DNA from: a virus
Taxonomy: Duplodnaviria; Caudoviricetes
Strand: one strand, 5' to 3'
IMG/VR virus record: IMGVR_UViG_3300020045_001674
Location: 1-37,875 of that record
Length of the DNA stretch: 37,875 bases
The position numbers and the translations under genes are program-made. Positions 8,526-16,106 of the stretch are shown piece by piece; the first letter of the stretch is position 1; the number at the start of each line of letters is the position of its first letter. Below the pieces are notes generated by a model that was not told the DNA's origin, did not search any database, and worked only from the letters and a program-made list of their open reading frames with translations.

Positions 8526-8826
8526 CAAGAAAGCATATATAAAGGTAGACGTAAGTCATGAATTGCCAGAAGAGGTAGGTCAATATTTTACAAATTCAGG
8601 ATTGCTCCAATATGGAGTATGCTTAACTGACACATCTGACATTGTGTTTAAGAAGTTTGATTTATTTGAGCAAAAAGATATTGAGGTAAAAATAAAATGG
8701 TGGCTAAAAGAAATAGACCTCACAGAGTTGATAATGGAATTCTGGAAACAAATTTATGAAGAAGACAATATACCTAATATTGAAGATTTGAATATATTTC
8801 TCACTTCAAAAGGCATACAGCTATGA
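8518..8826 (+). CDS. Hypothetical protein
   Basis: 102-aa ORF overlapping its neighbours. Confidence 0.65.
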   Translation: MDNKKAYIKVDVSHELPEEVGQYFTNSGLLQYGVCLTDTSDIVFKKFDLFEQKDIEVKIKWWLKEIDLTELIMEFWKQIYEEDNIPNIEDLNIFLTSKGIQL

Positions 8827-9071
8827 CAGAAATACAACCAAAGCTAAGACTGATTGATACCAACGAATTAGATGCAATGGCTAAAATGACGGAAGGAGCA
8901 TTGAAAAGCTATTTAATAAATGCCCTTATCCCCGCCTTATCCTCCCCTGAAAAGACTAGAGAGATAGTAGGGAAGTCTTTTAACGCTGGAAAATACTTCA
9001 TTTTAGACGGAGGCGAAAATGGGCTTTGCCAAAATCAACAAGAATACATCAACTCCTTAATTAAAGAATAG
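8823..9071 (+). CDS. Hypothetical protein
   Basis: 82-aa ATGA-coupled ORF. Confidence 0.65.
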   Translation: MTEIQPKLRLIDTNELDAMAKMTEGALKSYLINALIPALSSPEKTREIVGKSFNAGKYFILDGGENGLCQNQQEYINSLIKE

Positions 9072-9072
9072 T

Positions 9073-9300
9073 ATGGAAAATTTTACAAATAACCAAAATG
9101 AAATATTTAACGCTTTATTTTCATCAATTAAAACTATAAAAAATATTAATTTTACAACAAAAGCGTTTATGATGATAAATTTAGACGATAATAATTTTGA
9201 AATGCTTTTTAAAGACAATAATAATACAATAGTAGGAAGTGACGAAGAGTTGTTTTTGATAAACGAAAGGGCAAAAAAATTAGGATTAATTAAAGAATAG
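9073..9300 (+). CDS. Hypothetical protein
   Basis: 75-aa ORF; ends LIKE* like the preceding gene. Confidence 0.6.
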   Translation: MENFTNNQNEIFNALFSSIKTIKNINFTTKAFMMINLDDNNFEMLFKDNNNTIVGSDEELFLINERAKKLGLIKE

Positions 9301-9304
9301 AGAT

Positions 9305-9436
9305 ATGTCAAAAAAGAGATACGACCATTCCTGCACCTGCTACAAGTGCCGTAAGACTTGGAAAGTTTCACAGACTTATAAGACGGTTTACGGCTATATG
9401 TGTAAAGAGTGCGTAGGAAGGACAGGATATTGTTAA
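9305..9436 (+). CDS. Small zinc-finger protein (43 aa; absent from the ORF track)
   Basis: MSKKRYDHSCTCYKCRKTWKVSQTYKTVYGYMCKECVGRTGYC*, two CxxC pairs. Confidence 0.6.
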   Translation: MSKKRYDHSCTCYKCRKTWKVSQTYKTVYGYMCKECVGRTGYC

Positions 9437-9462
9437 TTTAAAGCTATAAATAAAACAAACCA

Positions 9463-9573
9463 ATGAGTAAAGAGCCACAAGTTATTAAAATCGAAGTATT
9501 GCCAATATACAGCACTTCTCAATCATCTACCCTACCAAGCGGATGGATGACAGTTAAAACCATTAAATCCTAA
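9463..9573 (+). CDS. Small hypothetical protein (36 aa; absent from the ORF track)
   Basis: A-rich upstream region; MSKEPQVIKIEVLPIY...; fills the gap between genes. Confidence 0.45.
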   Translation: MSKEPQVIKIEVLPIYSTSQSSTLPSGWMTVKTIKS

Positions 9574-9579
9574 CCAACC

Positions 9580-10194
9580 ATGACCACAGAAGAAATATTT
9601 AATAGTACAGCATCGCAAAGAATGATGGATTGGAATATAAATAAATTTCAAAGAGACTTTCCTTCTCTATACCATGTAATATTGCAGTCGATGGATGCTT
9701 TTTGTAAGCAAGAAATAGAATCCAAAGAAACCCACTACAAAGAACACATAGAGCTTCTTAACCATTCGCATGAGCAGGAGATGGAAGCTGAAAAGACAGA
9801 GACAGAACGTTGGCGAAGTGCTTATGAATATGAAACAGACTTAAAAGCCAAAGAAATAGCCGAACTAAAAGAGGAAATAGAAAGTCAGTACAGGCATTAT
9901 GAAAGAGTATGGAAAGACTTGAATAAAACTTGCTTTGAAAATGAAAATACAATAAAGAATAAAAGCAATGAAATTGAAACTTTAAAGTATCTTAACAACT
10001 CGCAACTATCTGAAATCCAATCTCTAAAAGAAGAGGTAGACAACCTTAAATTAATAATTCACAGCAGGTCAGGGATGAAGTATTTAAAAACTTTAGAAGC
10101 TGAAAATCAAATTTTAAAAGAAGAGGTAGAGAGGTTGAAAGAGGAATTGAAAGCATGGACATGGGAAGATAAGAGAGATACATTTGGAGTATAA
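9580..10194 (+). CDS. Coiled-coil hypothetical protein
   Basis: 204 aa, E/K-rich heptads. Confidence 0.7.
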   Translation: MTTEEIFNSTASQRMMDWNINKFQRDFPSLYHVILQSMDAFCKQEIESKETHYKEHIELLNHSHEQEMEAEKTETERWRSAYEYETDLKAKEIAELKEEIESQYRHYERVWKDLNKTCFENENTIKNKSNEIETLKYLNNSQLSEIQSLKEEVDNLKLIIHSRSGMKYLKTLEAENQILKEEVERLKEELKAWTWEDKRDTFGV

Positions 10195-10209
10195 ATAACC
10201 TATAAAAAT

Positions 10210-10240
10210 TTTGGCAATTAGTTAAATATAAGTATATTGC
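10210..10240 (+). promoter_or_regulatory. Probable promoter of the glyco/terminase operon
   Basis: TTTG 10210-10213, 19-nt spacer, TATATTGC 10233-10240; ATG follows 3 nt later. Confidence 0.5.
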
Positions 10241-10243
10241 GGT

Positions 10244-10444
10244 ATGGGAGTAAGAATCTACAACCAAGTAAAGAAGACAACGGACAAGATGAACGAAGCC
10301 CGAAAGGTAGTCGATAAGTTTATAGGGCAAACAAACAGAATACCAAGTTACAACGTAGTGGCAAGAAAGCTAAATATAGACCATTCAACCGCTTATTATC
10401 GTTTAAGAGGGTATAGGGATAAAATGAAAACTAAAAGTGTTTAA
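10244..10444 (+). CDS. Small HTH DNA-binding protein
   Basis: PSYNVVARKLNIDHSTAYYRL fits the HTH pattern. Confidence 0.7.
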   Translation: MGVRIYNQVKKTTDKMNEARKVVDKFIGQTNRIPSYNVVARKLNIDHSTAYYRLRGYRDKMKTKSV

Positions 10445-11151
10445 TGATAGCAATAACAAGTATTAGCCCATCACATAAGAATTTTGAAAACCAACTAACC
10501 GCTGTTAAATCTTGGCAGGATGCAGGATATAAGGTAGTTAGCTTAAACTCTAAATCTGAAATAGAGCAATTAAAAGCATTTGAAGGGGTTGAATTTGTTG
10601 AAACCATAAGAACCAACGAAGTATTATTTAAAAGGCCATACGTTATCATATCAGCCATTATTGACCACTTAAAAACATTGAGAGACGATTATTTTATAAT
10701 CATTAATTCCGACATTGTAATAAACGACAAAAGGGGAATTATACAATTGATAAAAGATAGGTCAGAAAGTGGAGTAATAATATTCAACAGGTACGATTTT
10801 GACAATGACATGGAGGTTTGTAAAAGGTACGAATTGGGATTTGATGGGTTTTTTATCAATAAGAAATGGCTTCACATATTTCCTCAATCGGTTCTTTGTT
10901 TGGGTCAATGCTTTTGGGATTATTGGTTACCCTATCAATGTGTACTAGCTAAAGTGCCTATATTTAGGATGCCAGAGCCATATTTGTACCATAAAAGGCA
11001 TCAAATACAATACTCGTCTGACGACTGGAAGGCTACTGGTAAGATATTTGAGGGTGAAGTAGGAGTATTAGACCCTAAAGTATTAGGCCATAGGGATGTT
11101 GGTAGAATGTCTCAATATGTATTTGAACGCATAAGAAACGTAAGGAAATGA
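10444..11151 (+). CDS. GT-A-fold glycosyltransferase-like protein
   Basis: Hydrophobic strand plus NSD (FIIINSDI), GFDGF, GQCFWDYW, late YH motif. Confidence 0.55.
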   Translation: MIAITSISPSHKNFENQLTAVKSWQDAGYKVVSLNSKSEIEQLKAFEGVEFVETIRTNEVLFKRPYVIISAIIDHLKTLRDDYFIIINSDIVINDKRGIIQLIKDRSESGVIIFNRYDFDNDMEVCKRYELGFDGFFINKKWLHIFPQSVLCLGQCFWDYWLPYQCVLAKVPIFRMPEPYLYHKRHQIQYSSDDWKATGKIFEGEVGVLDPKVLGHRDVGRMSQYVFERIRNVRK

Positions 11152-11837
11152 CAATAGATATATTTATTCGTACCTATAAGAATGATTTGGAATGGCTTAA
11201 ATACTGCCTTAAATCAATTAATAAATTCGTTACGGGTCATCAAAGTATTATTATTAGTATCCCAGAGGGCGAAAAACATTTGATTGATAGCTGGAATTTA
11301 ACCAGTGAAAAGGTAATAGGATGGAATCCAACAACCGATAACGGATATATTGACCAACAGATAAATAAGCTATTAGCCTATAAAAGCACCAATGCAGATT
11401 ATATCTTGTTTGTTGATTCGGATTGCATTTTTAAAGAGCCTGTAAACATTCAAGAACATTATTTTATGGATAATTTACCATATTTAATGAAAACCAGATA
11501 CGAGCTTGTAGGTGATGCAATTTGCTGGAAAGAAACCACCGAATCAATTATAGGGCAACCTTTAGAATACGAATACATGAGGCGAATACCTTGTTTATTT
11601 CGCTCTCAAACTTTGAAAAATCTAGATTTATACGTAAATTGTGGAGGTCTTGCGGAAAGAAGCCGATTAAGCGAATTTAATTTAATCGGGGCTTACATTG
11701 ATTTATTTGAGAAGGAGAATTACAGAATAATAGACACCGAAAAAGAGCCTATACCTTCTGACTGTGCAAGGCAGATGTGGTCGTGGTCAGGATGCAATAA
11801 TGAGGATAGGAAACAAATTGAAGAGTACCTAAAATGA
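11148..11837 (+). CDS. GT-A-fold glycosyltransferase-like protein (DUF6492-like)
   Basis: IFIRTY..DLEWL..CLKSI, GYIDQQINKL, DxD motif YILFVDSDCIF, SEFNLIG. Confidence 0.7.
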   Translation: MTIDIFIRTYKNDLEWLKYCLKSINKFVTGHQSIIISIPEGEKHLIDSWNLTSEKVIGWNPTTDNGYIDQQINKLLAYKSTNADYILFVDSDCIFKEPVNIQEHYFMDNLPYLMKTRYELVGDAICWKETTESIIGQPLEYEYMRRIPCLFRSQTLKNLDLYVNCGGLAERSRLSEFNLIGAYIDLFEKENYRIIDTEKEPIPSDCARQMWSWSGCNNEDRKQIEEYLK

Positions 11838-12394
11838 AATTATCTGAACTAACCACTAGAGATGATATAGGATTTGTACTCAATGCTATGGGATTAAATG
11901 GCATTGGCGTAGAAGTTGGGGTGGCTTTTGGGGAAAATGCAGAGGTAATACTTCATAAGTCTAATTTGGAACTATTAATTTTAGTAGACAATTGGGATTA
12001 TGTACCAAATGAAAGCCCTAAAGGATATGCAGATGCAATAAAAGATTGGCAAGGATGTTATAATTATTGTTTCTCAAAACTACAAAGGTTCGGTAAACGG
12101 GCTTATATGTACAAGGAAACTAGCAAAAAAGCAAGTGAACAACACCATGACAATTCTTTGGATTTTTGCTATATTGATGCTAATCACATGAGTCCGTATG
12201 TAGACAACGACCTTGAATACTGGTATAAAAAAGTAAAAAAAGGAGGTATATTTGGAGGCCATGATTACCACTTAGTAAAAAGAGATGATTATCAATGTGA
12301 CGTAAAAACCGCAGTAGATAACTTCTTTAAGGATAAAAACTATAAATTACACATAACGCAAGATTCAGACCCATCTTGGTATATAATTGTATGA
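11834..12394 (+). CDS. Class I SAM methyltransferase (Methyltransf_24-like)
   Basis: GVEVGVAFG, DFCYIDANH, KKGGIFGGHDY. Confidence 0.85.
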   Translation: MKLSELTTRDDIGFVLNAMGLNGIGVEVGVAFGENAEVILHKSNLELLILVDNWDYVPNESPKGYADAIKDWQGCYNYCFSKLQRFGKRAYMYKETSKKASEQHHDNSLDFCYIDANHMSPYVDNDLEYWYKKVKKGGIFGGHDYHLVKRDDYQCDVKTAVDNFFKDKNYKLHITQDSDPSWYIIV

Positions 12395-13101
12395 TAGAAT
12401 TTCACAATGATATAGCCTTAATAAAGGAAGACCAATGTATTTGTAGGTTTGTAAGGGAATCAAACCGCTTAGACCATGACCAAAACATGTTACCAGAGAT
12501 TTTCAAGCACATGAAAAAGGGTGATGTAGTAATTGACTGTGGGGCTTTCATCGGTGACCATACAATAGCATACGCAAAACGAGTAGGGGAAACAGGAACA
12601 GTATTTGCATTTGAACCAAGCAAAGAGGCGTACGAGTGCCTAAAACACAATACTAAGAACGAAGAAAGGGTAATAATTTATAACGGCGGATTGGGAGCAA
12701 CCATTCACAAGGTAAATATAATGCCAGTAGAAGGAAACGCAGGAATGAATTATTTAGTCGCAAAGGACTCAACAGCAGAACCGCATCAATATTATGACTT
12801 CAATATTAACGTGTTGACCATTGACAGCCTTAACCTTCCAAAGCTAGACTTTATAAAAATAGACTGTGAGGGGTACGAGTTAGAAGTGCTAAAAGGAGGT
12901 ATAGAAACCATTAAACGCCTAAAGCCTAAGATGTTAATTGAAATCAACCAAATGACATTAGAGCGCTCTGGACTAACAAGGGAGGATATATTTACTTTTC
13001 TAACCGATTTAGGATATAAGTACAAGAATATTTACAACGGCCAAGGGTTGGAAGATGCGCAATTGGATATTATTTGTTTTAATTACGAAAAGTTTCAGTA
13101 A
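12391..13101 (+). CDS. FkbM-family SAM methyltransferase
   Basis: ATGA-coupled start at 12391; VIDCGAFIGDHT, VFAFEP, FIKIDCEGYELEVLKG. Confidence 0.9.
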   Translation: MIEFHNDIALIKEDQCICRFVRESNRLDHDQNMLPEIFKHMKKGDVVIDCGAFIGDHTIAYAKRVGETGTVFAFEPSKEAYECLKHNTKNEERVIIYNGGLGATIHKVNIMPVEGNAGMNYLVAKDSTAEPHQYYDFNINVLTIDSLNLPKLDFIKIDCEGYELEVLKGGIETIKRLKPKMLIEINQMTLERSGLTREDIFTFLTDLGYKYKNIYNGQGLEDAQLDIICFNYEKFQ

Positions 13102-13124
13102 CTTGTCTAAATAGACAAAAATAG

Positions 13125-13394
13125 ATGAAAGGACAAAAGACTGGCGGAAAACAAAAAGGATACACAAGCGAACCTATAAAAAAGGCTCAAGAGTTATTTA
13201 CGTCTATACTTGAAGGGGAGGTTGACCATATCCAAAAAGCATTTGCAGAAGTAAGAAGCAAGGATAAAGCTAAGTATTTGGAGCTTTACGCCAAGTATGC
13301 ACAATACTTTATGCCTAAGAAGACAGAGGTCGAATTGAATGATAATACTTTACAGATTAATGTAAACAGAAAACCACTTGGAGGTAAATCTTAA
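13125..13394 (+). CDS. terS: Terminase small subunit
   Basis: KGQKTGGKQKG N-terminus and YFMPK motif; directly upstream of and overlapping terL. Confidence 0.7.
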   Translation: MKGQKTGGKQKGYTSEPIKKAQELFTSILEGEVDHIQKAFAEVRSKDKAKYLELYAKYAQYFMPKKTEVELNDNTLQINVNRKPLGGKS

Positions 13395-14676
13395 TATAAC
13401 CTATTTGCCTTATCAAGAAGAGGTATTTTTTAACACCAAGGAACGATACACTGTAATAACCAAGGGCAGGAGGGTAGGTATTACCAAAGGGGCTTCACAC
13501 GCATTTATTGAATATGCTTTAGATGGCCTTTCTCCTTTATTGTGGGTAGATACTGTAAACGGAAATATAGATAGGTATTATGATAGGTACTTTTATCCAA
13601 TACTAAAGCAATTACCTAGAGATTCGTGGTCTTACAATTCGGTAAGGAAGGAATTAAAGATAGGTTCATCAATTATAGATTTTAGGTCTGCTGAACGTCC
13701 AGAGACAATTGAGGGGTTCGGGTATAAGAAGATATTTCTTAACGAGGCTGGTATTATTCTGAATGATGACTACCTGTATACAAATGCCATTTTGCCCATG
13801 ATGCTAGACTTTGAGGATAGTCAATTGATAGCTGCGGGAGTACCAAAGGGCAAAAAAACAAAGTCAGGCAATACCCATAAGTTTTACGAACTATTCGAAA
13901 AGGCTCTTTCAGGAGCGGACAATTACAAGGCTTTCAATTTTAGTAGTTATGCTAATCCTTTATTGCGGAAAGAGGATATTGAGGAGCTTGAGCAGGAAAT
14001 ACCGCCAGAGGATAGGGAACAGGAGATATACGGCAGGTTTATTGAAAAGAATGGGAATAACCCATTTGCGCATAATTACGAACCAAGTAAACACGAAAGC
14101 GATAAGGCTGTATTTATGGCTGGTAGACAATTTAAAATATCGTTTGACTTTAACCTTAACCCTTTTGGGTGTATTTTCTTTCATCAATTTAGGGATGCAC
14201 AAGGTGAACATATCCATTTCTTCGATGAGATGACAATTGAAAACGGCAATATTCCTGTTATGGTGGATAGGATACTTGAGCGTTATGGTCAGTATATGCA
14301 CCTGTGTGAGATAACAGGGGATGCGATGGGGTCAAGGCGTAGTATGAGTGAAAGGGATTTTGCCAGTTTATACGACCAATTACTAAGAGGGCTAAAGGTA
14401 TCAAAAGGACAATTGAAAATAGCCAATAACCCAACGCATGAAAATAGCAGGGCTGATGTTAACTATATCCTTTATAAGTTCCCAGACCTCAAGATAAATC
14501 CTGTATCCTGTAAAAACTTAGTGTCTGATATGCGATTGGTGCAATGTGATGCGTTCGGGCAAATCGTTAAAAGGAATAGAAACGACTTAACCCAACGTGC
14601 CGACCATTTGGATTGTTTCCGCTATGCTATAAACACGTTCCTTAAAAAATGGATACTAAATAATAGGAAATTCTAA
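13378..14676 (+). CDS. terL: Terminase large subunit
   Basis: PYQ adenine motif, KGRRVGIT (variant Walker A), IFLNEAG (variant Walker B), RNase H-like nuclease SFDFN..GDA..DHLDCFRY. Confidence 0.9.
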   Translation: MEVNLNITYLPYQEEVFFNTKERYTVITKGRRVGITKGASHAFIEYALDGLSPLLWVDTVNGNIDRYYDRYFYPILKQLPRDSWSYNSVRKELKIGSSIIDFRSAERPETIEGFGYKKIFLNEAGIILNDDYLYTNAILPMMLDFEDSQLIAAGVPKGKKTKSGNTHKFYELFEKALSGADNYKAFNFSSYANPLLRKEDIEELEQEIPPEDREQEIYGRFIEKNGNNPFAHNYEPSKHESDKAVFMAGRQFKISFDFNLNPFGCIFFHQFRDAQGEHIHFFDEMTIENGNIPVMVDRILERYGQYMHLCEITGDAMGSRRSMSERDFASLYDQLLRGLKVSKGQLKIANNPTHENSRADVNYILYKFPDLKINPVSCKNLVSDMRLVQCDAFGQIVKRNRNDLTQRADHLDCFRYAINTFLKKWILNNRKF

Positions 14677-14696
14677 AATATTACGTAAATTTGGGT

Positions 14697-15074
14697 ATGA
14701 GTTGTAATTGTGCAAAGATTAAAGACTTACCTACCTGTATTGATGAATTAATCATTGGTACAATATCTTTATTATCTCAAGATGTATTTGTGTTTTTTAA
14801 GAACACATCAATTGATTATACGGTAAGACTTACAGGGGTATCGGACGGTGATGGATTGGTAACTATTGACCTATCTGCTTTAAATAACTTCTTTAGCCCT
14901 AACTATTCTTATGACATTTGGATAACTGCCGAAGATGAAAGCCCAACAAGTAAACAAGATATTACTTACGATACTTATACTTTCTATGACTGCTTATCCG
15001 CTAAGTTCTTTAGGATAGAAGATAGCAGTATGGAGGCTATTTATTACTCAACCGTAACCGCTGAATTAGAATGA
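14697..15074 (+). CDS. Hypothetical virion-module protein
   Basis: Likely start MSCNCAK at 14697, just after TAAATTTG (14686-14693); acidic and beta-rich. Confidence 0.65.
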   Translation: MSCNCAKIKDLPTCIDELIIGTISLLSQDVFVFFKNTSIDYTVRLTGVSDGDGLVTIDLSALNNFFSPNYSYDIWITAEDESPTSKQDITYDTYTFYDCLSAKFFRIEDSSMEAIYYSTVTAELE

Positions 15075-15349
15075 TAGAATTATTATTGACTATTGTATTT
15101 TGTTCCCTCTACTGCTTTGGATGGTGGATAATTACCAGTGATGGAATGATATTGTACGGTGTCAGGATTTGGGCGGACAATAACCTACCAGAGTTTCTGT
15201 ATAAACCTTTATTCGGATGTCCTGTTTGCTTTGCTTCTGTGCATGGCGGTACTTTGTTTTACCTATTGACGAGTGATTATATTCATTTGTTTCCTGCTAT
15301 GGTAATAATTGCAGGGCTTAATTATATAATGTCTAGATTAAGTGCTTAA
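15071..15349 (+). CDS. Small membrane protein with CxxC (DUF1360-like)
   Basis: Two to three hydrophobic segments; KPLFGCPVCFAS. Confidence 0.6.
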   Translation: MIELLLTIVFCSLYCFGWWIITSDGMILYGVRIWADNNLPEFLYKPLFGCPVCFASVHGGTLFYLLTSDYIHLFPAMVIIAGLNYIMSRLSA

Positions 15350-15965
15350 GCTACTTTACATATTATTTAGAAAGCGGTTCGATTCGTTTTACTTTGAAAA
15401 GCAGAGTAAAAAGAAAGGATTTGAAAACATGGAGAGGCATTTTACCGATAGCGCAGGTAATGCGTATTACCGTTACAATAAAGATTTCGATATACCTATC
15501 TTAAGGTTCAAAGAGATTCAAAAGCGGTTAGTTCTTTTCAACTCTGGACTATCCGACAAATCAATTAAGCTAATTTGTGAGGCAATGCGTAAGGCGTTGA
15601 ATGGTGGTAAGAAGCCAGACCTTGCAGAAATAGGGTTTCTAATTAAAGAGATTGAAAAGAGAGCCGATTTATACATTGATACGGATTTATTGATGGATAC
15701 CACCTGTTTGCTTTACATAAGACAGGACGAGAACCCTGCGGTAATAGACTGGACAATTCATAATGAAAAAATCAAACAGCTAACCATAGACAGCAAGGGG
15801 GGTCTGTACGATTTTTTTTATATGACAGGGTTAACAACATCTTTACCTTTTGTAGGAACTACCAGCGAAGAATTCGACTTGTTTTACTACGAATCGGAGG
15901 TAAAAATGAAAGCGATGAATCAATACCTGAACCAATATATCACAGAACCGAAATTGTCAAGTTAG
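15342..15965 (+). CDS. Tail assembly chaperone (gpG-like); a -1 frameshift gives a gpGT-like extension to 16120
   Basis: Directly upstream of the tape measure gene; slippery G GGG GGT (15797-15803) and T TTT TTT (15812-15818); -1 frame open 15764-16120. Confidence 0.7.
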   Translation: MLKLLYILFRKRFDSFYFEKQSKKKGFENMERHFTDSAGNAYYRYNKDFDIPILRFKEIQKRLVLFNSGLSDKSIKLICEAMRKALNGGKKPDLAEIGFLIKEIEKRADLYIDTDLLMDTTCLLYIRQDENPAVIDWTIHNEKIKQLTIDSKGGLYDFFYMTGLTTSLPFVGTTSEEFDLFYYESEVKMKAMNQYLNQYITEPKLSS

Positions 15966-16106
15966 GAGAGAATGACGAAAAAGAGTTTTGGGATTTAGCC
16001 AATGGTGATGCTAGAAACTATAATGAAATAACCCAATTAACCACGGAAGGATATTTGAGTTTGATTAATTATACAATTTCAAAACGCTCTAAAAAAGAGC
16101 CTGCTA

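Noticed and set aside
11834-13101. DNA methyltransferases of a restriction-modification system
   Set aside because: No DPPY/NPPY or PCQ catalytic motifs; signatures are FkbM and Methyltransf_24.
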